A stretch of 64,000 nt of DNA, taken from positions 34,172-98,171 of the forward strand of contig JAZSOG010000011.1 in NCBI GenBank assembly GCA_045536845.1, written 5' to 3'. Positions 54,030 to 63,192 of this stretch are shown piece by piece. The first letter of the stretch is position 1. Every line of letters begins with the position of its first letter. Source of the DNA: Kiritimatiellia bacterium. GTDB lineage: Bacteria; Verrucomicrobiota; Kiritimatiellia; RFP12; UBA1067. Position numbers and translations under genes: made by a program. A model generated the notes under the pieces. That model was not told where the DNA came from. It worked only from the letters and a program-made list of their open reading frames with translations, and searched no databases.

Positions 54030-55223
54030 TCAGACGGTGTGCACAAAGAGCCCCGAGCGGAGCTTCGGCTCGAACCAGGTGGACTTCGGAGGCATTATCG
54101 CCCCGGCGTCGGCTATGGCCATCATCTCCTCGACCGTCACCGGTTCCATCGCGAACGCGACGGCGGCTTCGCCCGAGTCGACCTTCGCGGCAAGCGCCGC
54201 GTCTCCGCGGATCCCGCCCATGAAGGAAATCCTCTTGTCTGTACGCGGGTCGCCGATGCCGAGAACCGGCGCGAGCAGCTTGTCCTGCAGATAGCTGACG
54301 TCAAGCGAAGAGACGACGTCTGCGCCGGACGGAATGTCCCACGAAAGGTCGGTCCATCTGCCGTTGAAGTACATGCGGCAGTTGCGCGCGCCCTTCTGGC
54401 CGATCGTGAAGTTCTCGCTGACGCGCGACATGAACTCGTACGGCGAAAGCCCGTTCAGGTCGGCGACGAGACGGTTGTAGGCAAGAATCTTGAGCTGGCT
54501 CGCGGGGAAGGCGACGGCGAGGAACCAGCGGCTCTCGCCCTCGAAGTTGTGCTCCTTCGCGTAGCGCGACGCCGCCGCGCTGCGATGGTGGCCGTCGGCG
54601 ATATAGGCGACGGGGATGCGCGCGAAGAGCTCCTGGAGCTCGTCGCCCGCGCACGACGAGGCGGACGCGATCTCCCAGACCGTGTGGCCGATGCCGTCGG
54701 GCGCGACGAAGTCGTACAGGGGCTCGCGGCGGCACGCGTCGGCGACGATGAGATCGATCGCCTTGTCGTCGCGATAGGTGAGGAACGCGGGACCGGTGTG
54801 CGCCGAAAGCGTCTCGATGTGGCGCGTGCGGTCGTCTTCCTTGTCCTTCCTCGTCTTCTCGTGTTGCTTCAGTACGCCGGCGAGATAGTCCTGGGTGTCG
54901 AACGTGGCGACGATGCCAGTCTGCGAGTGCGAGCCCATAGTCTGGCGGTAGGCGTAGAACTTCGGCTCGGCGTCGCGCACGAGTGTGCCGTTGGCGACGA
55001 GTGCGTCGAGGGCCTTGCGCGCCTGGGCGTACGCCTCGGGCGACGAGCAGTCGGTCCCGTCCGGAAGGTCGATCTCCGGGCGCGAGACGTGAAGGAAGCT
55101 CTTGGGGTTGCCGGCCGCGAGGGCTTTCGCCTCGGCCGTGTCTACCACATCATAAGGAACGGACGCGACAAGCGCCGCGTCCCCTTTGTTCGGCCTGACG
55201 GCCGCGAATGGATGTATGTTCAT
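54030..55223 (-). CDS. DUF1015 domain-containing protein
   Basis: MNIHPFAAVRPNKGDAALVASVPYDVVDTAEAKALAAGNPKSFLHVSRPEIDLP... and YIADGHHRSAAA match the DUF1015 family signature. Confidence 0.85.
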   Translation of the reverse strand: MNIHPFAAVRPNKGDAALVASVPYDVVDTAEAKALAAGNPKSFLHVSRPEIDLPDGTDCSSPEAYAQARKALDALVANGTLVRDAEPKFYAYRQTMGSHSQTGIVATFDTQDYLAGVLKQHEKTRKDKEDDRTRHIETLSAHTGPAFLTYRDDKAIDLIVADACRREPLYDFVAPDGIGHTVWEIASASSCAGDELQELFARIPVAYIADGHHRSAAASRYAKEHNFEGESRWFLAVAFPASQLKILAYNRLVADLNGLSPYEFMSRVSENFTIGQKGARNCRMYFNGRWTDLSWDIPSGADVVSSLDVSYLQDKLLAPVLGIGDPRTDKRISFMGGIRGDAALAAKVDSGEAAVAFAMEPVTVEEMMAIADAGAIMPPKSTWFEPKLRSGLFVHTV

Positions 55224-55228
55224 TTTCC

Positions 55229-55840
55229 TCAGAAGCCGACATTGAGGATCGGCATAAACTGGAATTCCGCGTCGCGGATTATGTTGATGAGTCCGAGCTG
55301 GAAGCCGTACATCGTCTCGCTGCGGTTGATGAGGCCGATCTGGAGGCCCTGCGAATCGCCGGAGACGTTGACCGCGCCAACCTGGATGCCGCGGTGGCTC
55401 ATGGACTCGTTCCAGAGACCGACCTGGATGCCGAAGAGGTCGCCGCGCGCAACGGAGTTGTAGCAGCCAACCTGGATGCCGGCGCAGGAATCCCTGACGT
55501 CGTTCCTGAGCACGTTGAGCTGGATGCCCTCGAAATACTCGGAGCGGCCCCAGAAGCCGACGTCAAGACCGGTCACGTTCTCCTGCTTGGTGGAGCACGG
55601 CACCGTTATGCGAAGGCCGACGAGATCGGGCGTCTCGGGGAAGTCCCAGATTGCGATGAAGGCCGGCCAAAGCGCAACGTTCTTGCGCGGCGCGTCGACC
55701 TTGACGTCAAGCCCGTTGTCCTCTTCCACGGTGAGCTCGTCTGCGACGTCCTCAGCCGTAACCATTTCAGATGCCGCGGTAGCGGCGCAAAGCGGAAGCA
55801 CGAAAGCGGCGATTGCGGCAACTGCTATAAGTTTCTTCAT
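55229..55840 (-). CDS. probable lipoprotein with G-[IFL]-Q-[VIL]-G-x-x-N repeats
   Basis: MKKLIAVAAIAAFVLPLCAA (lipobox-like LPLC), then repeats GIQLNVLRN, GIQVGCYN, GIQVGLWN, GIQVGAVN, GLQIGLIN, GFQLGLIN. Start set at ATG 55840. Confidence 0.7.
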   Translation of the reverse strand: MKKLIAVAAIAAFVLPLCAATAASEMVTAEDVADELTVEEDNGLDVKVDAPRKNVALWPAFIAIWDFPETPDLVGLRITVPCSTKQENVTGLDVGFWGRSEYFEGIQLNVLRNDVRDSCAGIQVGCYNSVARGDLFGIQVGLWNESMSHRGIQVGAVNVSGDSQGLQIGLINRSETMYGFQLGLINIIRDAEFQFMPILNVGF

Positions 55841-55900
55841 ATGTACTCCTGTTGGCGGTATTGCGGTTATTATAAACTTTTCCTGTCGTCTTGGCAACCG

Positions 55901-56395
55901 TCAATCTACGGTAACCTTGCGAATAACGACGGCCTCCTCTGGCACGTTCTCGTAGTGGCCTACCGACCTCGTACGGGATTTCGCGATTGCGTCGACCACG
56001 TCGAGACCGTCTGTAACATGGCCGAAGACGGCATATCCATACCCCTGGACCGTGGGGGCCGTGAAGTCGAGGAAGCCGTTGTCGACTAGGTTGATGAAGA
56101 ACTGGCTCGTCGCAGAGTTCGGGTCCATCGTGCGGGCCATCGCAATCGTCCCGCGCACGTTCGAGAGCCCGTTCATCGACTCGATCCTGATCGGCTCGCG
56201 CGTCTCCTTCTGGTTCATGTCGCGCGTAAAACCGCCGCCCTGAATCATGAACCCGTCGATTACTCGGTGGAAAATCGTGCCGTCGTAGAAGCCGCTTTTG
56301 GCGTATTCCACGAAGTTCGCCACAGTGGCCGGGGCCTTTTCCCCGTCCAGTTCGAGGGTTATCGTGCCCTTCGAAGTCTCAATAGTAGCTTTCAT
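55901..56395 (-). CDS. ppiB: peptidylprolyl isomerase, cyclophilin type
   Basis: KGTITLELDGEKAPATVANFVEYAKSGFYDGTIFHRVIDGFMIQGGGF is closely similar to bacterial PpiB. Confidence 0.9.
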   Translation of the reverse strand: MKATIETSKGTITLELDGEKAPATVANFVEYAKSGFYDGTIFHRVIDGFMIQGGGFTRDMNQKETREPIRIESMNGLSNVRGTIAMARTMDPNSATSQFFINLVDNGFLDFTAPTVQGYGYAVFGHVTDGLDVVDAIAKSRTRSVGHYENVPEEAVVIRKVTVD

Positions 56396-56403
56396 GGTTG
56401 AAA

Positions 56404-57819
56404 TTATATCACATTCCCGCGGATTTCTTCAAATGCTTTCGATATCTTCAGGAGCTTCGCCTCCTCGAAGGCACCGCAAATGAACTGGATGCCGACAGGC
56501 ATCTTCGTGTCGCGCGAGAAGCCGGCGGGAACCGACGAGGCGCAGACGCCAGCGAGCGAAGACGGAATCGTGAAGAGGTCATTCAGGTACATCGTAAGCG
56601 GATCCTGCAACTCCTTGAACTTGAACGCAGGCGTCGGGGCGCAGGGAGAAAGGAGCGCGTCGCACTTGCCGAAGGCCTCGGCAAAGTCGCGCGTTATGAG
56701 CGTACGCACCTTCTGGGCACGCCCGTAGTAGGCGTCGTAGTAGCCGCTCGAAAGGACGTAGGTCCCCATGATTATGCGGCGCTTCACCTCGGGGCCAAAG
56801 CCCTCGGCGCGGCTCTTCGTGTAGAGAGAGAAGACGTCTTTCGCCTCGGCGGAGCGGTGTCCATAGCGAACACCGTCGAACCTTGCGAGGTTCGCACTCG
56901 CCTCGGCCGGCGCGATGATGTAGTAGACCGCCATCGCATACTCGGTATGCGGCAGCGACACCTCGACAAGCTCCGCGCCCGCCTTCTCGCACTTCGAAAG
57001 CGCTTCTTCTGTGATGCGCTTCACCTCGGGATCGAGGCCCTTGACATCGAAATACTCCTTCGCGACGCCAAGCCTCACGCCCTTCATCGACGCGCCTTCG
57101 AGCGCAGATGCATAGTCCGGGACGGGGTCCTTCGGGGTCGTGCCATCCATCTCGTCGTGTCCTGCGAGCGCGCCGAGAAGTATCGCCGCGTCCTCGACCG
57201 ACTTCGTCATGGGGCCCACCTGATCGAGCGAGCTCGCAAACGCCGTAACGCCGTAGCGGCTCACGCGCCCATAGCTCGGCTTCACACCAACGCAATTGCA
57301 GAAGCTCGCCGGCTGGCGGATCGAACCGCCAGTGTCGGTGCCGAGCGCCGCGATGCAGAGATTCCCGCCGACCGCCGCCGCGCTGCCGCCGGAACTGCCG
57401 CCAGGAACACGACCAAGGTCGTAGGGGTTGCGCGTCACGCCAAGACCCGAGTTCTCGGTGGACGAACCCATCGCGAACTCGTCCATGTTGACGCGCCCTG
57501 CGGGGATGAAGTCGTGCGACTTCATGTTCTTGATGACGGTCGCGTCGTATGGCGAGACATAGCCCTTCAAGATCTTCGACGCACATGTGCACGGCTGGCC
57601 CGTGACATTGATGAGGTCCTTGACCGCGATCGGCACCGCCTTCGGGTTCGCGCGGGCGAGCTCAAGCGCCTGCTCCTCGTCGAAGGTGAGGTACGCGCCG
57701 ATTTCGGCGTTCTTCGCATGGTAGCGGTCGATGATCGCCTGCGTCAGATCGACCGACGAGAACTCACCCTTCGCAAGCCCCTCGCGCGCCGCCTTGATTC
57801 CAAGTTCGTAGAGTTCCAT
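56404..57819 (-). CDS. gatA: Asp-tRNA(Asn)/Glu-tRNA(Gln) amidotransferase subunit A
   Basis: Amidase signature GGSSGGSAAAVG and the N-terminal MELYELGIKAAREGLAKGEFSSVDLTQA. Start set at ATG 57819, directly after the gatC stop. Confidence 0.95.
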   Translation of the reverse strand: MELYELGIKAAREGLAKGEFSSVDLTQAIIDRYHAKNAEIGAYLTFDEEQALELARANPKAVPIAVKDLINVTGQPCTCASKILKGYVSPYDATVIKNMKSHDFIPAGRVNMDEFAMGSSTENSGLGVTRNPYDLGRVPGGSSGGSAAAVGGNLCIAALGTDTGGSIRQPASFCNCVGVKPSYGRVSRYGVTAFASSLDQVGPMTKSVEDAAILLGALAGHDEMDGTTPKDPVPDYASALEGASMKGVRLGVAKEYFDVKGLDPEVKRITEEALSKCEKAGAELVEVSLPHTEYAMAVYYIIAPAEASANLARFDGVRYGHRSAEAKDVFSLYTKSRAEGFGPEVKRRIIMGTYVLSSGYYDAYYGRAQKVRTLITRDFAEAFGKCDALLSPCAPTPAFKFKELQDPLTMYLNDLFTIPSSLAGVCASSVPAGFSRDTKMPVGIQFICGAFEEAKLLKISKAFEEIRGNVI

Positions 57820-57820
57820 A

Positions 57821-58111
57821 TCAGCTCTCCGCTCCTTCGACGATCTTGGGGAGAAGGAATTCGTCGCCCACACGCGCCGGCGCGTTGGCAAGCGCAGTTT
57901 CGGCCGCAAGCGACGGACGCACCTCGTCTTCGCGGAACGCGTTGACGAGCGTACGGCCATGCATCATCGGCTCCACGCCCTCGACGTCGACCTCCGAAAT
58001 CTTCTCGACGTACTTAACGATATTCTCGAGCTGTGGCTGGAACACCGACTTTTCCTCGTCGGTGAGCTCGAGCCGCGCCAGCTCCGCGACATATCCAACA
58101 TCGATTTTCAT
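57821..58111 (-). CDS. gatC: Asp-tRNA(Asn)/Glu-tRNA(Gln) amidotransferase subunit C
   Basis: 96 aa, MKIDVGYVAELARLELTDEEKSVFQPQLENIVKYVEKISEVDVEGVEPM. Confidence 0.9.
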   Translation of the reverse strand: MKIDVGYVAELARLELTDEEKSVFQPQLENIVKYVEKISEVDVEGVEPMMHGRTLVNAFREDEVRPSLAAETALANAPARVGDEFLLPKIVEGAES

Positions 58112-58112
58112 T

Positions 58113-58168
58113 CCTGACTCCTAACTCCTGACCCCTGACTCCTGGCCCCTGACTCCTGACCCCTAAAC
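58113..58168. repeat. eight tandem heptamers (CCTGACY on plus = RGTCAGG on the coding strand) filling the tolB-like/gatC spacer
   Basis: cctgact cctaact cctgacc cctgact cctggcc cctgact cctgacc cctaaac, read directly. The coding strand carries four AGGAG motifs, the last serving as the gatC SD. Confidence 0.9.
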
Positions 58169-58169
58169 C

Positions 58170-59333
58170 CTACCTAATCCAGCTCGGAGTGATCCAGTTG
58201 CCGGCAGCGCGGAACATCTGCCGCGGCTCATCGCCGCCTTCAGACGCCTCGACTGAGTCGACGATGAAAAGCGCCTTGTCGCGTCCCGCGACGAGGTGGC
58301 GGCCGTCACGCGACCAAACGGGGTGCTCCCAGCTGCCAGGCGACGTCACGAGTTTCGCGGTGGAGTCGTCCGCCTTGGGGTCCATAACGGCGACCTGGGC
58401 AAGCCCGCCGCGCTTCGTTATGTACGCGAGGCGTCCGTCCGCGCTCCAGTCGGGATCGACGTTCTGCGAGCCCTTCGAGGTAATGCGGCGCTTCGCCTTC
58501 GTCGCGACGTTGACGACGTATATCTGCGGGTGGCGCGTCTCGTCGGAGACATACGCGATTTCCGTTCCGTCGGGGCTCCACGTCGGCTGGCCCTCGCTCG
58601 CAGTCTTGGTGTTTGTGAGGCGCGTGTAGCGCCCGCCCGAGAGAACGTAAAGCTCGGGGTTGCCCTGGAAGGACGCGGCGATCGCGACCTTAGTGCCGTC
58701 GGGCGAAATCGCAGCCGGCGAAGAAATGCCCTTAAGGTTGAACGCAACCTTGCGCTCCCCAGTCTCAACGTTGTGCTCGAAGATCTGCTGGCCGCCGTTC
58801 AGGTAGCCGATGTAGTAGACGGACTTAGAGTCCTTCCAGCGAGGCCCCACGGCCGCCTTGCCGTCGCTCGTCAGCTGGCGGACATCCTGTCCGTCGGGAT
58901 AGCACATGCAAAGCTCGGACGACTGCGGGCTCTTGCGCGACACGAACACGACGCGATCGCACGCAAAGCCCTTCTGGCCATCCTCGGACATCGCGGCGCA
59001 GATCTCGTCGCTCATACGACGTGCGGACATCCTCACCGCCTTGTCGTCGCCAGCGGGAGTCGGCACGCCGATGGACTTGCCGGCGCCAGACGCCGTTATG
59101 GTGCCGCCAATCGCGCCGGACACCTTTATCGCGCCGCCGTTTTCGACCTGGAAGCAGCCGGTAAGCTCGAGGTTGCGCTTAAGCGTCTTCGTGTAGGCAT
59201 CGGCTCCAGCGCCTGTGACGCCGATGGAGACCGTCTTCTTCTTGTGGGCGCCAACGCCTGTCACGTCGACGACGGTCGCGCAGTTTCCGGCGATCGCCGC
59301 CGCGATCGCGCACGCAAATATCCAGTTCTTCAT
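58170..59333 (-). CDS. TolB-like periplasmic beta-propeller protein
   Basis: N-terminal TolB-type domain followed by repeated PD40/WD40-like blades (..GQPTWSPDGTEIAYVS.., ..VDPDWSADGRLAYI.., ..HPVWSRDGRHLV..). Confidence 0.8.
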   Translation of the reverse strand: MKNWIFACAIAAAIAGNCATVVDVTGVGAHKKKTVSIGVTGAGADAYTKTLKRNLELTGCFQVENGGAIKVSGAIGGTITASGAGKSIGVPTPAGDDKAVRMSARRMSDEICAAMSEDGQKGFACDRVVFVSRKSPQSSELCMCYPDGQDVRQLTSDGKAAVGPRWKDSKSVYYIGYLNGGQQIFEHNVETGERKVAFNLKGISSPAAISPDGTKVAIAASFQGNPELYVLSGGRYTRLTNTKTASEGQPTWSPDGTEIAYVSDETRHPQIYVVNVATKAKRRITSKGSQNVDPDWSADGRLAYITKRGGLAQVAVMDPKADDSTAKLVTSPGSWEHPVWSRDGRHLVAGRDKALFIVDSVEASEGGDEPRQMFRAAGNWITPSWIR

Positions 59334-59356
59334 TTTATTATCCTCCTTAAATTTTT

Positions 59357-59394
59357 AACTCTCAACTCACAACTCACAAACTCACCAACTTCTC
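59357..59394. repeat. four to five tandem heptamers (AACTCAC-like on plus = GTGAGTT on the coding strand) in the argJ/tolB-like spacer
   Basis: aactctc aactcac aactcac aaactcac caacttctc, read directly. Confidence 0.85.
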
Positions 59395-60622
59395 AAGTCG
59401 TATAGTCTGCGTTGATGTGTACGTAGTCGAGCGAGAGGTCGCAAGTGTAGATCGTGCTTTCGGCGGCACCGAGGTGCAAGTCGACGACGACCGAGAAGGC
59501 GTCCTTCTGCATGACCTTCGCGAGACGTGCGAGCTGCTTCTCGTCCGCGACTTTCCCGAAGCGGAACGCCCATACGCCGTCGTAGAAGACTTCCGACTTC
59601 ATGTCTACGACTTCCGCGCCCGAATAGCCGACGGCAGCGAGGACGCGGCCCCAGTTCGGGTCCTTGCCGAACCAGCTTGTCTTTGCAAGCGGCGACTTTG
59701 CGACGGCACGCGCGGCGCGCTCTGCGTCGCGCTCACTCTTCGCGCCCTTCACGGTGACGGTCACGAACTTCGTCGCGCCCTCGCCGTCCGTCGCCATCTG
59801 GCGGGCAAGCGAAATGCACACCGTCTCAAGCGCGACGCGGAAGGCGTCAAAGTCCTTGCCGGGGGCGTCGATCTCGCGATTCCCCGCCTTGCCCGACGCA
59901 AGAATGAAAAGAGAGTCGTTAGTCGATTCATCGCCGTCGACGACGAGGCGGTTGAAGCTGCGGCCAACGGCGAGCTGGAGAGCGCGCTTCAGCATCCGCG
60001 GCGAAACTGCCGCGTCGGTCGTAAGAAAGCCGAGCATCGTCGCCATATTGGGCTCGATCATCCCAGAGCCCTTCGACATGCCGCCGACGGTCACCTTCTT
60101 GCCGCCGATAGTTACAGTCGCGCACGCCTCTTTCGGGCGCGTGTCGGTCGTCATGACCGCCTTCGCCGCCGCGAGGCCGTGGGCACCTGTGCGCCCGAGC
60201 GCCTTGGCGGCCGCTTTCATGCCTGCAAGAAGCCTGTCGACGGGAAGACGACGGCCAATCACGCCGGTGGACGCGACGAGCACGTGGTGCGGGTCAAGCC
60301 CGAGTTCGCCTGCGGTGACGAGGGCCGAGAGACGCGCGTCCTCAAGCCCCTGTTCGCTGGTGCACGCGTTCGCGCAGCCGGAGTTGGCGAGGATCGCCTG
60401 CACCTTGCCGCCCTTCACGACCGAGCGGTCATAGACGACTGGCGCGGCGGCGACCTTGTTCGTCGTGAAGACGGCGGCCGCCGAGCACGGAGCATCGGCG
60501 ACGATCAGCGCGACGTCGTTGCGACCCTTGTACTTGATCTCCGCCGCGACGCCCGCCGCACGGAACCCCTTGGCGGAACATACGCCGCCCTTGACTTTCC
60601 TGCAAATCGCCATTTTTGCCAT
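59393..60622 (-). CDS. argJ: bifunctional glutamate N-acetyltransferase / amino-acid acetyltransferase
   Basis: VCSAKGFRAAGVAAEIKYKGRNDVALI... and the autoprocessing site context PNMATMLGFLTTDA. Start set at ATG 60622 (MAKMAICRK). Confidence 0.95.
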   Translation of the reverse strand: MAKMAICRKVKGGVCSAKGFRAAGVAAEIKYKGRNDVALIVADAPCSAAAVFTTNKVAAAPVVYDRSVVKGGKVQAILANSGCANACTSEQGLEDARLSALVTAGELGLDPHHVLVASTGVIGRRLPVDRLLAGMKAAAKALGRTGAHGLAAAKAVMTTDTRPKEACATVTIGGKKVTVGGMSKGSGMIEPNMATMLGFLTTDAAVSPRMLKRALQLAVGRSFNRLVVDGDESTNDSLFILASGKAGNREIDAPGKDFDAFRVALETVCISLARQMATDGEGATKFVTVTVKGAKSERDAERAARAVAKSPLAKTSWFGKDPNWGRVLAAVGYSGAEVVDMKSEVFYDGVWAFRFGKVADEKQLARLAKVMQKDAFSVVVDLHLGAAESTIYTCDLSLDYVHINADYTT

Positions 60623-60627
60623 TGTGC

Positions 60628-62007
60628 TCACTTGCTGAGAAGGCCGAGGAAGCCCTTCCTGTCGGAAAGCTTCACGTACTTGCGCGGCCTGTAGATTGGC
60701 TTGTAGGCGGGACGGATGATCGGTCCTTCGTTCACGAGCTCTTCCATGCGATGCGCACACCAGCTCACGCAGCGCGCGACGGCGAAGATCGGCGTGTAGA
60801 GGTCCTTGGGGATGCCGAGCATGTCGTAGACGAGCCCCGAGTAGAGGTCGACGTTGGCGCAGATGTCCTCCGCGCGCGGATGGCGCGCCTTGATTATCGC
60901 GGGGCCAAGTTCCTCGACGGTCTCGAAGAGCTTCATGTCGTCAGTGCGCCCGGCCTCCTTAGCAAGCGCCCTCGCCTTCTCCTTGAGGAGCTGCGCGCGC
61001 GGGTCGGAGATCGTGTAGACCGCGTGTCCAAGACCGTAGATGAGCCCCGTTCCGTCGCCGGCCTTCTTGTCGGCGATGCGCTCCAAGTAGCGGACGACGT
61101 TCTCGGACTTGGTCCAGTCCTTTACGTTCGCCTTGATCTCCTCCATCTGGCGCATGACGCGCAGGTTTGCACCGCCGTGGCGCGAGCCCTTCAGCGAGAG
61201 GATCGACGCCGCAACGGACGAATAGATGTCGGAGTGGGAAGAGGTGACGACGTGGGTCGTGAACGACGAGTTGTTGCCGCCGCCGTGCTCGGCGTGGAGG
61301 ATGAGCGAGAGGTCGAGCGTCTCGGCCTCGAGCTTCGTGTACTTCCCGTCCTCGCGCATGAGCATGAGCAGCGTCTCGGCCGTCGACTTCGCGGGGTCGG
61401 GGTTGCGGATCATCAGCGACCCACCGTCGTGGTAGTGGGCCTTCGCCTGGTAGGCGTAGGCGGCGATGGTCGGGATGGAGCCGATGAGGTCCATCGACTG
61501 CTTGAGGCACTTTTCGAGCGAGAGGTCGTCGGGCGTCCCCTCGGGGTCGAACGCATACGCGAAGAGGACGGCGCGGGCGAGGGCGTTCATGATGTCCTTC
61601 GGGGGGTTCTTCATGATCGCATTTTCCTTGAACCCGTCGGAAAGCTTCCTGTACTCGCCGATGTGCTGCTTCCAGTCGACGAGCTGACGCGCGGTCGGGA
61701 GCTCCCCGAAAAGAAGAAGGTACGCCGTCTCCTCGTATCCGAAGCGGTGCTCGCGCTTGTCGGCCTGCACGATGTCCTTGACGTTGATGCCGCGGTAGTA
61801 GAGTTCGCCGGGGATGGCCTTGCGCTCCCCCTCGTCCATGATATAGCCGTGGACGTTGCCGATCGTCGTAAGCCCGACGAGCACGCCAGAGCCGTTGTCG
61901 TTTCTAAGGCCCCTCTTGACGCCATACTTCGTGTAGAGCGCAGGGTCGATGTAGTCGACCGCCCGCACCTTTTCCGCTTGTTTCTTGAGCCATTTTCTGT
62001 CTATCAT
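60628..62007 (-). CDS. citrate synthase
   Basis: ILHAEHGGGNNSSF, GLGHAVY and NVDLYSG catalytic motifs. 459 aa. Confidence 0.9.
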   Translation of the reverse strand: MIDRKWLKKQAEKVRAVDYIDPALYTKYGVKRGLRNDNGSGVLVGLTTIGNVHGYIMDEGERKAIPGELYYRGINVKDIVQADKREHRFGYEETAYLLLFGELPTARQLVDWKQHIGEYRKLSDGFKENAIMKNPPKDIMNALARAVLFAYAFDPEGTPDDLSLEKCLKQSMDLIGSIPTIAAYAYQAKAHYHDGGSLMIRNPDPAKSTAETLLMLMREDGKYTKLEAETLDLSLILHAEHGGGNNSSFTTHVVTSSHSDIYSSVAASILSLKGSRHGGANLRVMRQMEEIKANVKDWTKSENVVRYLERIADKKAGDGTGLIYGLGHAVYTISDPRAQLLKEKARALAKEAGRTDDMKLFETVEELGPAIIKARHPRAEDICANVDLYSGLVYDMLGIPKDLYTPIFAVARCVSWCAHRMEELVNEGPIIRPAYKPIYRPRKYVKLSDRKGFLGLLSK

Positions 62008-62034
62008 CTGGACATTTCCTCGCTTAAAAGGGAA

Positions 62035-62043
62035 ATTATACCA
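62035..62043 (-). promoter_or_regulatory. extended -10 TGGTATAAT upstream of citrate synthase
   Basis: Coding strand GGATTTATGGTATAATTTCCCTTTTAAGCGAGGAAATGTCCAGATG, with the SD GAGGAAA downstream. Confidence 0.45.
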
Positions 62044-62111
62044 TAAATCCGCGCGTCTATGTGCGCATTTACGGCATGATATCAGGCAAGCATAATGCCG
62101 TCAAAAGTCGC

Positions 62112-63191
62112 TCACTTTGCCACGCTCTCGACAAGAGAGGCGACGCGAGATGCGGCGTCGGGCGCGGCGAGAGCGCGCATCTTCTCGGACATCTCGGCAA
62201 GGCGCTCGGGGCGGTCATAGCGCCCCATGAGGTAGATGTAAAGCTGCTTAGCGGAAAGCTGCGCCTGGATGCCCTCGTCCGCCGCGCCCTTCGACGCGAA
62301 CGCCTCGGCGTTGAAATGCTGGTGGTTGCGCATCGCCGACGGCAGCGGAATCAGCATCGCCGCCTTGCCGCAGGCCGCAAGCTCGAAGCACGTCGACGCA
62401 CCGGCGCGCGCTATGACGATGTCGGCCGAGGCAAACGCGTTCGCCATCTCGCGCTCGAACGCCTGGACGCGCGATTCAAGAGCCACGCTCGCGTACGTCG
62501 CGATCACTGCCCCCTCGTCTGCGACGCCGGTCTGGTGGATGACATAGAGCGGACGCACTTCCCTTCCTGACGCCGCGCGGCGGTCGATCTCGCTCTTCAT
62601 CATCGCAATCGCCTCGCTCGCGATGCAGTTGACCATGTGCGCGCCCTGCGAGCCGCCCGTCACGAACACGACGAAAGAGTCCTTGGGGATGAAGTCGAAG
62701 CGCGTTCCCGACGCGATGTCGGCGCGGACGGGAAGGCCCGTCTTCTCCGTGTCGCACCCAGGCAGGTACTTGGCAGTAACGTCGAAGCTTATCGCCACCT
62801 TCTTTGCAAAGCGAGAGAGGAACTCCACGGCACGCCCTGGAACAGTGTTCGCCTCATGGAGAACGACCGGCACGCCGCAGCCTTTCGCCGCGAGCACAGG
62901 CGGAAGCGACGAATAGCTTCCCATCGCGAGAAGAACGTCGGGCTTCGCGCGGCGCATCTCCCTGCGACAGCGCAGTATCGAGCGAAGTATGGAAAAGACA
63001 TTGCGGGCGGAGAGCTGCTTCGCGCCAGTCGAGAAGACGGGACCGTGCCAAAAGCGCATTACGCTCGACTCGATGTCGCGCCCCGAGTCCCACACGGTCA
63101 CGTCGTGTCCGCGACTCTTGAGCTCTTCCGCAACCGCGAGCCCCGGAAACGCATGTCCACCGGTTCCGCCACAGGCAACGACTATCTTCAT
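62112..63191 (-). CDS. murG: undecaprenyldiphospho-muramoylpentapeptide beta-N-acetylglucosaminyltransferase
   Basis: MKIVVACGGTGGHAFPGLAVAEEL G-loop, plus the C-terminal ..ARAGASTCFELAACGKAAMLIPLP. Confidence 0.95.
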   Translation of the reverse strand: MKIVVACGGTGGHAFPGLAVAEELKSRGHDVTVWDSGRDIESSVMRFWHGPVFSTGAKQLSARNVFSILRSILRCRREMRRAKPDVLLAMGSYSSLPPVLAAKGCGVPVVLHEANTVPGRAVEFLSRFAKKVAISFDVTAKYLPGCDTEKTGLPVRADIASGTRFDFIPKDSFVVFVTGGSQGAHMVNCIASEAIAMMKSEIDRRAASGREVRPLYVIHQTGVADEGAVIATYASVALESRVQAFEREMANAFASADIVIARAGASTCFELAACGKAAMLIPLPSAMRNHQHFNAEAFASKGAADEGIQAQLSAKQLYIYLMGRYDRPERLAEMSEKMRALAAPDAASRVASLVESVAK

Positions 63192-63192
63192 T

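Noticed and set aside
58113-58168. Possible CRISPR array or other spaced-repeat locus
   Set aside because: The units are contiguous 7-nt repeats without spacers, 56 nt in total. No cas genes are present in the window.
50433-62046. Long plus-strand ORFs over the housekeeping block (50433..51797, 51751..53316, 53916..55463, 56398..57945, 58296..59405, 59417..60694, 60616..62046)
   Set aside because: Each is antisense to a confidently identified gene (porin, serS, DUF1015, gatA, tolB-like, argJ, citrate synthase).
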